Source: Patescibacteria group bacterium (GTDB taxonomy: Bacteria > Patescibacteriota > Minisyncoccia > Phycocordibacterales > Phycocordibacteraceae). Taken from it: a DNA stretch of 64,000 bases. Position 1 is the first letter of the stretch; each line of letters opens with the position of its first letter. The stretch is taken from NCBI GenBank assembly GCA_024653825.1, contig JANLHF010000001.1:62-64061 (forward strand), read 5' to 3'. Shown one piece after another: positions 8,871 to 19,510 of this stretch. A program made the translations under genes and the position numbers. The notes under the pieces were generated by a model. It saw only the letters and a list, made by a program, of their open reading frames with translations. It did not search any database and had not been told where the DNA came from.

Positions 8871-8886
8871 CTTATTTCCAATTCTG

Positions 8887-9486
8887 CTAATTAAACACTT
8901 TGTCCACGAGACCGTACTTCTTCGCTTCATCGGCAGTCATAAAAAAGTCACGTTCGACGTCCTTCTCGATCTTCTCCAGTTTTTGTCCCGTATTCTTGGC
9001 GAGTATTTTATTCAGCACCGCGCGGAGCTTTAGAATCTGCTTCGCGGTGATTTCAATATCGGTCGCCTGACCCTCAGCGCCACCGTGCGGCTGGTGAATC
9101 ATTACCTCGGCGTTCGGAAGGGCATACCTCTTTCCTTTCTGTCCTGCGGAGAGGAGAATCGCGGCGCCAGAGGCAGCCATGCCAACACATACCGTGGAGA
9201 CATTCGGCTTCACGTGATTCATCGTATCCGCCATCGCAAGGGTCGCAGTGACTGAACCGCCCGGCGAGTTGATGTAGAGAGAAATATCCTTCTTCGGATC
9301 CTCCGCCTCAAGAAAGAGAAGTTGGGCAATGACGAGATTCGCCACGTCGTCGTCAATCGGCCCACCCAAGAAGACGATGCGCTCCTTCAAGAGTCGTGAA
9401 TAAATATCATAAGCTCGCTCGCCGAACTGGCTCTTCTCGATGACCATCGGAACGAGCATAGAGGCACGCGGTGTGTTTTTGTTCAT
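8887..9486 (-). CDS. clpP: ATP-dependent Clp protease proteolytic subunit
   Basis: [40 protein letters not shown]. Confidence 0.98.
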   Translation of the reverse strand: MNKNTPRASMLVPMVIEKSQFGERAYDIYSRLLKERIVFLGGPIDDDVANLVIAQLLFLEAEDPKKDISLYINSPGGSVTATLAMADTMNHVKPNVSTVCVGMAASGAAILLSAGQKGKRYALPNAEVMIHQPHGGAEGQATDIEITAKQILKLRAVLNKILAKNTGQKLEKIEKDVERDFFMTADEAKKYGLVDKVFN

Positions 9487-9587
9487 AATTAGAAAGTTAA
9501 ACTCTACTACCAAGTGAGACGAGTAGCAAATATATTCTTATGTATTTGCTCGAGACGAACGCAGGGAGAAAGCTTTGTCCTCAAAGC

Positions 9588-9854
9588 TTACTGTCCGAGT
9601 GCTGCGGGAACTTGGTTCTGTGCGATGCGCTGGCCCCAGGCATAGAACGCGCCGATGATAATCATAAGTACAATGATGATAATCGAGATGACGACACCCC
9701 ACTGCTGCTGTGCGGGCGTCGGTATGCCGGGAAGATTCGACGGGGCATACGTTGGGGCCGGAGCTTGAGGAGCTTGCACCACGGGTGGCTTAGTGGGCGA
9801 CACAGCCGGTGGAACAAAACGTTCACCGGGCGCGAGAGTTTTTTCATCTTCCAT
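9588..9854 (-). CDS. hypothetical membrane protein
   Basis: Pro-rich N-terminus plus one TM (GVVISIIIIVLMIIIGAFYAWG); tight spacing after hppA. Confidence 0.7.
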   Translation of the reverse strand: MEDEKTLAPGERFVPPAVSPTKPPVVQAPQAPAPTYAPSNLPGIPTPAQQQWGVVISIIIIVLMIIIGAFYAWGQRIAQNQVPAALGQ

Positions 9855-9865
9855 ATACCCCTATC

Positions 9866-12007
9866 TTAGAACAATGCTGCGAGTGTGGCTAGGAGGAGAA
9901 GTGCGACGATGTTCGTAATTTTAATCATCGGATTAATCGCCGGACCGGCCGTATCCTTATATGGATCGCCAACCGTGTCGCCGGTGACGGCCGCCTTATG
10001 TGCATCCGAACCCTTACCGCCGTGATTACCGTCTTCAATATGCTTCTTCGCATTGTCCCAGGCACCGCCACCGGATGTCATCGAGATTGCAACGAAGAGT
10101 CCCGTCACAATAACGCCGAGTAACATGGCACCGAGTGCGTTGAATGCAGCAGTCTTCCCGGCCACGAGGTCCACTATCACGAAGAGCGCGATCGGCGAAA
10201 GCACCGGCAAGAGGGAAGGGATGATCATCTCGTGAATGGCCGCCTTCGTCAGCATGTCCACGGCGCGTCCATAGTCCGGCTTCTGGGTGCCCTTCATGAT
10301 GCCCGGCATCTCCCTAAACTGGCGGCGAACTTCTTCAACAACAGCACCAGCCGCACGTCCAACCGCAGTCATCGCCATACCGCTGAATACATACGGAAGC
10401 AATCCTCCAAGGAAGAGCCCGACTACCACCCAAGGATCAGTCAGACTGAAGGCTGGAACTTCAATACCCTTAAAAAAGGCGTAGGTGCCTGAGTGAATAA
10501 AATACTTCAGGTCTTCGGTATATGCGGCAAAAAGCACGAGCGCGCCGAGGCCTGCTGAGCCGATGGCGTAGCCCTTCGTCACCGCCTTCGTCGTGTTACC
10601 GACGGAGTCGAGTGCATCCGTCACCTTGCGCACGTCGCCCTCGAGTCCGGCCATCTCGGCGATTCCGCCCGCGTTGTCGGTCACCGGACCGAATGCATCT
10701 AGGGCGACCACCATACCAGCGAGCGAGAGCATCGTCGACACAGCAATGGCGATACCGAAGAGTCCCGCGAAAGAATAGGCGGAAATGATACCAATACAGA
10801 TGATAATCGCCGGCATCGCGGTCGCCTCCATAGATACGGCGAGACCCTGGATGACGTTCGTGCCGTGACCAGTAACTGACGCCGCGGCAATCTTCTTAAC
10901 GGGACGAAAATCCTTGCCGGTGTAATACTCGGTGACCCAGATCAAAGCGCCCGTAACGGCGAGGCCGACGACTCCGGAATAGAAGAGATCATTGCCAGTG
11001 AACGTGAGGCCGTTTGTTGTAATGAGAATCGTCTTCATTCCTCCCGGTATGATGCTGTTCATCAGAGGCCAGAGTCCGGCAAGTGAGAGGACACCGGTCG
11101 CGATGACACCCTTATAGAGCGCTCCCATAATATTCTCGCTCGCGCCAAGACGGACGAAGAAGGAACCGAAGATGGAGGTGATGGTGCAAAGTGCGGCGAT
11201 GCCGAGCGGGAGGAGCATCAGCGCGACCTTAGTCCCGCCGGTGAAATAAATCGATGCGAGCACCATCGTGGCGACGGTAGTTACTACATACGTCTCAAAG
11301 AGGTCGGCCGCCATGCCGGCGCAGTCGCCGACGTTATCGCCGACGTTATCCGCGATAGTGGCGGGATTGCGTGGATCATCCTCCGGAATGCCGGCCTCCA
11401 CCTTACCGACCATGTCGCCACCGACATCAGCCCCCTTGGTGAAGATTCCACCGCCGAGACGAGCAAAAATTGAAATCAATGATGCGCCAAAGCCGAGCGC
11501 AATGAGAGAGTCCTGGATGATGCGCCCCTCTGCAACCGAATTAATATCAAGGCCGAGAACCGATACGAGGAAGAAGTAGTAGCCGGCGACGCCAATAAGG
11601 CCGAGGCCGACGACCAAGAGGCCGGTCACCGTGCCTGAACGGAAGGCGAGCGCGAGCCCCGAGGCGAGACCTTCGCGTGAAGCCTCAGTCGTGCGTACGT
11701 TGGCGCGCACCGAGACATTCATACCGATGTAGCCTGTCGCGCCGGAAAGCGCTGCACCGATCAAATAGCCAACTGCGACCTGCCAACCGAGGAAGTACCA
11801 TGCGAAGGCGAAGATAACGGCGCCGACGATGGCAATTGTCCGGTATTGGCGATTGAGATACGCGCTTGCTCCCTCCTGAATTGCGGCGGCGATCTCTTGC
11901 ATGCGAGCATTGCCAGGACTCTTTGAGAGTACCGAGCGCACCGCCCATCCGCTATACAGAAGTGCTCCTACGCCACACGCGAGTATCCATCCAAGTGTCA
12001 GTTCCAT
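9866..12007 (-). CDS. hppA: membrane H+-translocating pyrophosphatase (K+-independent type)
   Basis: [37 protein letters not shown]; GNTTKA carries Lys at the K+-dependence position. Confidence 0.97.
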   Translation of the reverse strand: MELTLGWILACGVGALLYSGWAVRSVLSKSPGNARMQEIAAAIQEGASAYLNRQYRTIAIVGAVIFAFAWYFLGWQVAVGYLIGAALSGATGYIGMNVSVRANVRTTEASREGLASGLALAFRSGTVTGLLVVGLGLIGVAGYYFFLVSVLGLDINSVAEGRIIQDSLIALGFGASLISIFARLGGGIFTKGADVGGDMVGKVEAGIPEDDPRNPATIADNVGDNVGDCAGMAADLFETYVVTTVATMVLASIYFTGGTKVALMLLPLGIAALCTITSIFGSFFVRLGASENIMGALYKGVIATGVLSLAGLWPLMNSIIPGGMKTILITTNGLTFTGNDLFYSGVVGLAVTGALIWVTEYYTGKDFRPVKKIAAASVTGHGTNVIQGLAVSMEATAMPAIIICIGIISAYSFAGLFGIAIAVSTMLSLAGMVVALDAFGPVTDNAGGIAEMAGLEGDVRKVTDALDSVGNTTKAVTKGYAIGSAGLGALVLFAAYTEDLKYFIHSGTYAFFKGIEVPAFSLTDPWVVVGLFLGGLLPYVFSGMAMTAVGRAAGAVVEEVRRQFREMPGIMKGTQKPDYGRAVDMLTKAAIHEMIIPSLLPVLSPIALFVIVDLVAGKTAAFNALGAMLLGVIVTGLFVAISMTSGGGAWDNAKKHIEDGNHGGKGSDAHKAAVTGDTVGDPYKDTAGPAINPMIKITNIVALLLLATLAALF

Positions 12008-12124
12008 ACGATTGTATTATTTTATGTTTGTAGTTTTGAATATACTACGCTCAAGCGAGCGAATCAAAAGAGAAATTCCGATTTTTCTTTTGTGAACGAG
12101 CGCGGGGAGAAAGTCCGTATGGGC

Positions 12125-13510
12125 TTATTCATCCTTCGCCTTGTCGCGATTTTCCTCTTTATCGGCGACGGTTTCATCGCTAGCGGGGAGCTCGGTCAAC
12201 TCTTCTTCGGCGGGAAGACCAGAGGCCTCCGGCTCTTCTTCGGTCACCGCAGTAAAGCTCTCAGTCGGCATCACTCCCGCTGCCACAGCAGGCTCTGTCT
12301 CATCTTCTTTACGAGACGGGTCTCCATCTACGGCGGCAACTGATCCACTATCGGACCCTATAATCTCCGTCCCGGCGACAGAGACGATATCGATGTTCCA
12401 GCCGGTCAGCTTCGCTGCGAGACGCACGTTCTGCCCACCGCGGCCGATAGCAAGGGACTGCTCGTCTTCGGCGACCGTGACGGTCGCGCGATGATCGACT
12501 TCGTTGAGCACAACCTCGATGGGGGTAGCGGGAGAAAGCGCCTCTTTCACAAATTCTTTTGCGTCATCATTCCATTCAATGATGTCGATGCGTTCGCCGC
12601 CGAGCTCGCTCATAACGGTCGAGACGCGCACGCCGCGCTGACCGACAAGAGAACCGACTGGATCCACATGAGGATCGAGTGAGGAGAGTGCGATCTTGGT
12701 GCGACTGCCCGGCTCGCGCGCAAGCGCCTTCACCTCGATAGCCCCAGAAGCGAGTTCCGGTGCCTCCATTTCAAAAAGCTTCACGACGAACTTCGGGTGC
12801 GCGCGAGAGAGACGCAAATAGACCCCGCGGAATCCTTCATCCACCGCATAGAGATACGCACGGATACGCTCTCCCATGCGATAACGCTCGCCCGGAATCT
12901 GTTCCTCGTAGGGAATGATGCCTGTGGTGCGGCCGAGGTCGACGAAGATCGCCCCACGTTCCATACGCTGGACGATACCGCCGACAATCTGACCCTTCTT
13001 CTCGCTAAATTCCTCCATCATCGAGAGTTTCTCGGCCTCGCGCACCTTCTGGATAACCACCTGCTTGGCCGTCTGAGCGGCGATACGGCCGAAGTCGTCC
13101 TGCGGCTCGAGCGGGAAGATGATTTCTTCACCGAGAATCGCGCCGCGCTTAATCAGCTTCGCATCAGTGAGCAAAAGGTGCTTCTCTGAATCGAAGCGGG
13201 GGAGTTCGCCTTCGGCGAGCTGCTCTTCATCGGCGTGATAGGCGTGGGCGTGCTGATGCTCCTCGGGAATTTCTTCACCGGGCGCGGGGAAACGCACCGT
13301 CGTATCATCAACGACGGTTTTTATTTGTTCAAAGGAGATGGTGCCGGTGTTGAGGTCTATCGAAGCATGAATGACTTGTCCGCGCTTGCCGTATTCGCGC
13401 TTGTAGGCGGTGGCCATAGCACTCTCGATGGCTTCTATCATCGTCTCACGGCTGATGCCTCGATCCTCGAACTCTCCGAGCACTGCATTGATGGTTTTCA
13501 AATCAATCAT
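12125..13510 (-). CDS. nusA: transcription termination factor NusA
   Basis: FGRIAAQTAKQV, S1 domain, AREPGSRTK, AIGRGGQNVRLAAKLTGW. Confidence 0.97.
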   Translation of the reverse strand: MIDLKTINAVLGEFEDRGISRETMIEAIESAMATAYKREYGKRGQVIHASIDLNTGTISFEQIKTVVDDTTVRFPAPGEEIPEEHQHAHAYHADEEQLAEGELPRFDSEKHLLLTDAKLIKRGAILGEEIIFPLEPQDDFGRIAAQTAKQVVIQKVREAEKLSMMEEFSEKKGQIVGGIVQRMERGAIFVDLGRTTGIIPYEEQIPGERYRMGERIRAYLYAVDEGFRGVYLRLSRAHPKFVVKLFEMEAPELASGAIEVKALAREPGSRTKIALSSLDPHVDPVGSLVGQRGVRVSTVMSELGGERIDIIEWNDDAKEFVKEALSPATPIEVVLNEVDHRATVTVAEDEQSLAIGRGGQNVRLAAKLTGWNIDIVSVAGTEIIGSDSGSVAAVDGDPSRKEDETEPAVAAGVMPTESFTAVTEEEPEASGLPAEEELTELPASDETVADKEENRDKAKDE

Positions 13511-13570
13511 ATATGGAATGTGTATGTCGCACGTTTTTAAGCAGAAAGTCCGCACCACAAGAGTACCCCC

Positions 13571-13602
13571 GAGTTTCTAACTCGCTTCGCTCGAAGAAAC
13601 TC
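13571..13602. repeat. palindromic repeat family B copy within the nusA leader hairpin
   Basis: GAGTTTCTAACTCGCTTCGCTCGAAGAAACTC, near-identical to the reverse complement of 59064-59098. Confidence 0.7.
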
Positions 13603-13662
13603 TAAGTCGCTTAGCGGACCTTCAGGTATTGTCTAGTATACCAGAGGTGCCTCTTGCGTCAA

Positions 13663-14136
13663 CTATCCTCCTTTATTGAGAGAGTGATAATACGCAGTAT
13701 CAGACATCCCCCCTTTTCGTTCCCCATTTTCTTCCTCGTCATCCAGAGGCGCCTCGCCGATCGAAGCAAGATACTTGCGAATAATATCTGCTGTCACGTC
13801 GCGGTCATGCATTTCTATCAATGTTTTGCGCTGTTGTGGAGACACATTAGGGGCCTGATTGGAAATGCGTGTAATCGTGTCCATGATCTCGTTATGGATT
13901 ACGGCTTGTTTCGGACTTGAGTAGGCAGCTCGGTGGCGAATAAAAGCTTGCGGCGAATACGACTCGTGTATTGCTCTGTCGCGAGCCTTGATGTAATTCC
14001 GACACTTCTGCACGAACACTGCACGGGTCTCGTCCGTACCAAACAAAGACAATACTTGTTCAACCTTCTCCTTCGCACTCAACTGTTCTGCTTCAGATCC
14101 AGAACTGTCGGGCCCCTTGGGGGGTGGATGTTCCAT
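13663..14136 (-). CDS. hypothetical protein
   Basis: 157-aa ORF filling the nusA-pilB gap; no motif recognised. Confidence 0.7.
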   Translation of the reverse strand: MEHPPPKGPDSSGSEAEQLSAKEKVEQVLSLFGTDETRAVFVQKCRNYIKARDRAIHESYSPQAFIRHRAAYSSPKQAVIHNEIMDTITRISNQAPNVSPQQRKTLIEMHDRDVTADIIRKYLASIGEAPLDDEEENGERKGGMSDTAYYHSLNKGG

Positions 14137-14206
14137 GGTGTGTAAATGATATCACATGTGAAAAGAGCGCCGCGCCGAGGGTTCGACGCGCTATACTTTA
14201 ATACAT

Positions 14207-15955
14207 ATGCACGTTTCAGAGGGGGAGCTGAAAGAATTCATTATTGATTCGGGCCTTGTTGCCAAGAAGGAGATCGATGCGGCTGCCGAGGAGGCGAAGC
14301 AGAAGGGACAGTCGCTCGGCGATATCCTCGTTTCGCGCGGAGCGTTGACCGAAGATGCTCTCCGGCGCATCCAAGCGTATGTGCTCGGCATTCCGTTCGT
14401 TAATCTTAAAGACCACCGTATCCCGACTGAAGCCCTCTCTCTTATTCCAGAACCCATCGCCCGCACGCACAACATCATCGCGTACAAGAAAGGCGCTGAT
14501 TCTCTCGAAGTAGCGATGCTTGATGTCGAAGACCTCGCTTCTATTGATTCGGTGAGAAAGAAGACCGGTCTTAAGATTTTGAGCCGGCTCACCGACACTG
14601 AGAGCATCAAGTCTGCTCTACTGCAGTACCAGAAGTCGTTGAAAGACGAATTTGGAGACATTATTTCGACTGAGGCGGGGAAGATAAAGGTCATCGCAGA
14701 TGGGAATAAGGACCTCTCTGGCGACGACTTGAAAAAAATGGCAGAGGATTTACCGGTCGTGAGAATCATTGACACACTTCTACGACACGCCATCGTGCAG
14801 GGAGCATCCGATATTCACATCGAGCCGATGGAACAGGAAGTGATGGTGCGCTACCGCATCGACGGCATCCTTCATGACGCGATGACTCTGCCGAAGGCGG
14901 CGGCAGCGGGCATTGTCGCGCGCATCAAGGTTCTCTCAAATCTGAAGCTCGATGAAAAACGCCTTCCGCAGGACGGTCGCTTTAAGATGGAGACCGATGC
15001 AGATCGCGTATCCTTCCGTGTCTCTATTCTTCCGACATTCTTCGGCGAGAAGACAGTGATGCGCCTTCTCCGCGAGACCGGCGAAGGATTCACGCTCGAG
15101 GTCCTCGGCCTTCATGGCGAAAACATGGAGCGCATTCATCATGCACTGAAGCAGACGACCGGCATCATCCTTATCTCGGGACCGACCGGCTCAGGGAAGA
15201 CCACCACGCTCTATACGATGCTTGATATTTTGAACCGTCCGGACGTAAATATTTCTACCATTGAAGATCCAATCGAATATCAGATGAAACGCGTGAATCA
15301 GACACAGGTAAATCCGCAAATCGGCTTCACGTTCGCCAACGGACTTCGTTCGCTCGTTCGCCAGGACCCAGACATCATTATGGTCGGCGAGATTCGCGAC
15401 AGCGAGACGGCTTCCCTCGCCATCAATGCCGCGCTCACCGGCCATCTCGTACTCTCAACCATTCACACCAATAGCGCCTCAGGCGCTATTCCGCGCCTTA
15501 TTGATATGGGGGTGGAGCCATTCCTTCTTGTTTCCACTATTCGCGTCATTGTGGGTCAGCGACTCGTCCGCAGGCTCTGTGACAGTAAAGAGTCGTATAC
15601 CGTCGATGTGGCGACGCGTGCAAAAATCGCTAACGAAGAGTCTTTCGCCGTCGCATTTAAGGCACTCGAGGACGAGAAACTGGTAAAAAAAGGTTCCACG
15701 CTCAACGATATTTCCTTCTGCCGTCCCCTCCCGTCCGCAGAATGCGCCGATGGCTACAAGAGCCGTATTGGTATCCACGAAGTGCTCTCAGTCTCACCCG
15801 CAGTACGCGAGATTATTCTTCATTCGAGCACGAGCGATGCTATTGAAGCCCAGGCGAAGAAAGAGGGTATGCTCACGATGATCGAGGACGGACTGTATAA
15901 AGCCGCGCGCGGCGTTACCTCGCTCGAAGAAGTCCTTCGCGCGATATCCGAATAG
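14207..15955 (+). CDS. pilB: type IV pilus assembly ATPase PilB/GspE
   Basis: ASDIHIEP, LPQDGRF, GPTGSGKTTTLY, TIEDPIE, RQDPDIIMVGEIRD, TGHLVLSTIH. Confidence 0.95.
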   Translation: MHVSEGELKEFIIDSGLVAKKEIDAAAEEAKQKGQSLGDILVSRGALTEDALRRIQAYVLGIPFVNLKDHRIPTEALSLIPEPIARTHNIIAYKKGADSLEVAMLDVEDLASIDSVRKKTGLKILSRLTDTESIKSALLQYQKSLKDEFGDIISTEAGKIKVIADGNKDLSGDDLKKMAEDLPVVRIIDTLLRHAIVQGASDIHIEPMEQEVMVRYRIDGILHDAMTLPKAAAAGIVARIKVLSNLKLDEKRLPQDGRFKMETDADRVSFRVSILPTFFGEKTVMRLLRETGEGFTLEVLGLHGENMERIHHALKQTTGIILISGPTGSGKTTTLYTMLDILNRPDVNISTIEDPIEYQMKRVNQTQVNPQIGFTFANGLRSLVRQDPDIIMVGEIRDSETASLAINAALTGHLVLSTIHTNSASGAIPRLIDMGVEPFLLVSTIRVIVGQRLVRRLCDSKESYTVDVATRAKIANEESFAVAFKALEDEKLVKKGSTLNDISFCRPLPSAECADGYKSRIGIHEVLSVSPAVREIILHSSTSDAIEAQAKKEGMLTMIEDGLYKAARGVTSLEEVLRAISE

Positions 15956-15961
15956 AATGAA

Positions 15962-17179
15962 ATGAAATTCCGCACCACCATACGAAAGAAGGGAGCATCA
16001 GATGAAGTTCGAATCATCGAAGCTCCTTCGCGCTTCGCCGTGTATGACCTCATAAAAAACGAGGGGGGAACTGTCGTGGCGATTTCAGAACAACGCGAGT
16101 TCGGATTCGGCGCGATGTCTCGTTTCAACATCACCATCGGGACGGGGATTAAACGTGCTGAGATCATACGTACGGCGAAGAATCTCTCCGCGATGCTCTC
16201 TGCGGGGCTTTCTCTCTCACGTGCACTCTCGGTCATCGAGCGACAATCGAGCAATGTTTATTTAAAGAAGGTGGCAGTCGGTCTTTCTGCATCAGTGAGA
16301 AAAGGGTCCTCATTCCATGAGGCGCTCGCGCTCTACCCGGCGGTATTCCCTAAGATTTTCGTCGCGATGGTACGCGCGGGAGAAGAATCGGGGTCTCTCT
16401 CCGATTCACTCCTCGTGGTTGCTCTTCAAATGGAGCGTTCGGAGGAGCTCGTGAAAAAAATAAAGGGGGCGATGATCTATCCGGCGATTGTTATTACCGC
16501 GGTCATTATCGTCGGCATTCTGATGCTCATTTATGTCGTCCCCACCCTGACCAGCACCTTCACCTCGCTCGACGTTAAGGTCCCGCTCGCCACTCGTATC
16601 ATCGTCGCGCTGTCGGACTTTATGGTGCAACACACAGTCGCCGTGCTTGCCATACTCGCGGCACTCGTCATCGGTGGCATCGCCTTCGTCCGATCGCGTC
16701 TCGGAAGTGCCTTGGTACTCTCGGTATCGCTTCATCTGCCAGTTATAGGAGAACTGATACGGGAAACGTACTCCGCACGGACCGCACGCACTCTCTCTTC
16801 ACTCCTCTCCGCGGGAGTTCCGGTACTTGATGCTCTTTCTATCACAAAAGAAGTGGTGTACGCACAAGCTTTTGCGAATGTTGTGGAAGAAGCTGAGACA
16901 CATGTTCGAAAAGGGGAACTTCTTTCTGAAGCTTTTGCACAACATACGAAGCTCTATCCTATCCTCATGAGCGACATGCTCGCTGTGGGGGAAGAGACTG
17001 GTAAGGTCGCGGAAATGTTGAAACAGATTGCCGAATTTTATGAGGAGGATGTCGCACAGAAGACAAAAGATCTTTCAACCATCATCGAACCGATCCTGAT
17101 GCTCGTCATCGGAACCTTCGTCGGCATCTTCGCGGTCTCAATGATTGCGCCGATCTACCAGCTCTCATCAGCGATTTAA
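15962..17179 (+). CDS. pilC: type IV pilus platform protein PilC/GspF
   Basis: Two T2SSF repeats (AGEESGSL; VGEETGKV), YPAIV, IEP motifs. Confidence 0.95.
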   Translation: MKFRTTIRKKGASDEVRIIEAPSRFAVYDLIKNEGGTVVAISEQREFGFGAMSRFNITIGTGIKRAEIIRTAKNLSAMLSAGLSLSRALSVIERQSSNVYLKKVAVGLSASVRKGSSFHEALALYPAVFPKIFVAMVRAGEESGSLSDSLLVVALQMERSEELVKKIKGAMIYPAIVITAVIIVGILMLIYVVPTLTSTFTSLDVKVPLATRIIVALSDFMVQHTVAVLAILAALVIGGIAFVRSRLGSALVLSVSLHLPVIGELIRETYSARTARTLSSLLSAGVPVLDALSITKEVVYAQAFANVVEEAETHVRKGELLSEAFAQHTKLYPILMSDMLAVGEETGKVAEMLKQIAEFYEEDVAQKTKDLSTIIEPILMLVIGTFVGIFAVSMIAPIYQLSSAI

Positions 17180-18900
17180 TGCTCATGAACGGTACTGGTC
17201 GTCGTCGGAAGTATAGGACCGGATTTAGTCTTATCGATGTTGTGGTCGGTGTTGCGCTTATGCTCATCCTGTTCCTTGCACTCTTCGGCGTTCTGCGAGC
17301 ATCGCTTCTCGTCTCATCGCTTGCGCGGGCGAAGGCAGGATCGACAACAATCGCTGAGACGCAGATGGAGTATCTGCGCAGTCTTTCCTATGATTTACTC
17401 GGCACCGTCGGAGGGATTCCCCCCGGCATCGTTACCCAAGACACCCAAGCGGAGGAAAATGGCATTACGTATGCCATACATACGTTCATCGGATACCGAG
17501 ACGACCCAGCTGACGGCACTGGACAGGATGACACGAACGGCATCATAACCGATTATAAGCGCGCCGAAGTAACAGTTTCATACACGGTAGGCGGTCAGAC
17601 GAAATTTGCGTCGTTTACTTCAAATTTCTCGCCCCCGGGTTTAGAAACGACAGTCGGAGGCGGAACACTGGAAGTTGCTGTAGTGAATGCAGCCGGATCG
17701 CCCGTTCCTGATGCTTCGGTCGCAATTACAAATACTGCAATATCTCCTGCGGTAGACATCGCAACCTTTACCGGTCTCGACGGTATTGTCTCACTCCCGG
17801 GCGCTGCGACCTCTTCGGCGTACCAGATTAGCATCTCTAAGTCCGAGTATTCAAGCGCGCAGACGTATGCCAGAGACGCGACCAACCAAAATCCGAACCC
17901 AGGGTATCTTACGGTCGCAACGAACCAAACAACCGTCGGAACATTTGCCATAGACTTACTTTCTACCTTCTCCCTTGCAACCTTTTCTCCGATTGCGACC
18001 AGCACGTTCACTGACACCTTTGCCGACGATACAAAAATCACCGCTATGGACTCTGTGAGTATCACAGACGGAACGCTTGCCCTGGCAAACGGGGCGACGA
18101 CAGGTTCCGCGCGCGCCGTCACTGTACATCCTGCACACCTCGTACACTGGGGAGAGGTTTCGGCGACACTCGCGGTCCCCACAGACGCGTCCGCTGCACT
18201 TCATATATATGATGCCTCCGGAAATTTATTGCCGGATTCGGCCCTCCCGGGAAATACAGAAGGTTTCCCAAGTTTCCCCGTATCGCTCTTCGCCGTCTCA
18301 ACAACAACCTATCCTTCACTCGCTCTCGGTGCTTCTCTTTCTACGTCAGCCGATTCACCGTCGCTATTCGACTGGTCGCTCTCTTACACGGACGGCCCGA
18401 CACCTTTGCCGAACGTCACTTTCACACTGACCGGAGCGAAGACCATCGGCTCAACAGGAGACGGCAGTCCCTTATACAAAACAACTGCAACTGAATCGAC
18501 TGGAACGAATGCGCAGACGTCGCTCACAATTGAAGAGGATAGGTATACGCTTGGTATTTCCGGATACGACATTGTCGACGCTTGTCCCGCACCTCCGTAT
18601 GCACTTGCCCCAGGAACGCTTTCATTTGCTTCGCTCGTTCTCGGGACGGCGACGACAAATTCTTTGCGCGTACTCGTTTCAAATAACGAGGGCGCCGCAG
18701 TAGACGGAGCACTTGTCACACTCTCTCGTGCTGGTTTTTCAGAGGACGCAGTGAGCTCTTCGTGCGGAGCAGCCTATTTCAGCGGTATTACGTCCGCAAG
18801 TAATTACACGCTTACTATCGCAAAGACGGGGTATACTACAATTGTCCTCGCCAACGTCTCAGTCGCTGGTCCTTCGACGTATAGTGCAAATTTCCCGTAG
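17179..18900 (+). CDS. large prepilin-like protein with Ig/carboxypeptidase-regulatory-like repeats
   Basis: Class III signal G|FSLIDVVVGVAL followed by Thr/Ser-rich beta repeats. Confidence 0.8.
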   Translation: MLMNGTGRRRKYRTGFSLIDVVVGVALMLILFLALFGVLRASLLVSSLARAKAGSTTIAETQMEYLRSLSYDLLGTVGGIPPGIVTQDTQAEENGITYAIHTFIGYRDDPADGTGQDDTNGIITDYKRAEVTVSYTVGGQTKFASFTSNFSPPGLETTVGGGTLEVAVVNAAGSPVPDASVAITNTAISPAVDIATFTGLDGIVSLPGAATSSAYQISISKSEYSSAQTYARDATNQNPNPGYLTVATNQTTVGTFAIDLLSTFSLATFSPIATSTFTDTFADDTKITAMDSVSITDGTLALANGATTGSARAVTVHPAHLVHWGEVSATLAVPTDASAALHIYDASGNLLPDSALPGNTEGFPSFPVSLFAVSTTTYPSLALGASLSTSADSPSLFDWSLSYTDGPTPLPNVTFTLTGAKTIGSTGDGSPLYKTTATESTGTNAQTSLTIEEDRYTLGISGYDIVDACPAPPYALAPGTLSFASLVLGTATTNSLRVLVSNNEGAAVDGALVTLSRAGFSEDAVSSSCGAAYFSGITSASNYTLTIAKTGYTTIVLANVSVAGPSTYSANFP

Positions 18901-18904
18901 TCTT

Positions 18905-19510
18905 ATGCACTCCTCTCTTTCACGCGGTCTGACGCTTATTGAAACCATCGTTGTTGTGGCGCTTACCGCTTTCATTCTTATCGTGCTTTCAAGCCTCATT
19001 CAGTATTTTTATAAAACGAACGCCTATACGCTCCAACAATCACAAGCGGTCAACAGCGCGCGCACGAGTATTGAACATGCGATGACTGACCTGCGCGAAG
19101 CTTCTTACGGCGCCGATGGATCCTATCCGGTACTTTCAGCGGCTACTTCAAGCGTGACATTTTTTGCAGATACGGACAACAGTGGAACCGTCGAAAAAGT
19201 CCGTTACTACCTATCTGGAACAACGCTGTACCGCGGAAATACTCCCCCAGGAGGGGATTCTCCCTCGTACGACGGACAAACGGAAGCAACGACCCTCGTC
19301 GTAAACAACATTCGAAACGGTTCCTCGACACCTCTTTTTACGTATATTGACGCCGATGGAAATCAACTCGTTGCTCCTATTAATATCGCCTCAATCGCCT
19401 CGGTGCGCACGACGGTTCTCACTGACGTGGATCCTAACCGAGCTCCGTTGGTATACACGCTCTCGGGAAGTGCGACACTACGGAACATACATAATATGAA
19501 TACACAATGA
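18905..19510 (+). CDS. minor pilin (prepilin N-terminal motif)
   Basis: RG|LTLIETIVVVAL. Confidence 0.88.
   Translation: MHSSLSRGLTLIETIVVVALTAFILIVLSSLIQYFYKTNAYTLQQSQAVNSARTSIEHAMTDLREASYGADGSYPVLSAATSSVTFFADTDNSGTVEKVRYYLSGTTLYRGNTPPGGDSPSYDGQTEATTLVVNNIRNGSSTPLFTYIDADGNQLVAPINIASIASVRTTVLTDVDPNRAPLVYTLSGSATLRNIHNMNTQ

Noticed and set aside
13543-13560. GAAAGTCC resembling RNase P RNA P4
   Set aside because: No matching 3' P4 strand and no space for the RNA; it is part of the nusA leader hairpin.
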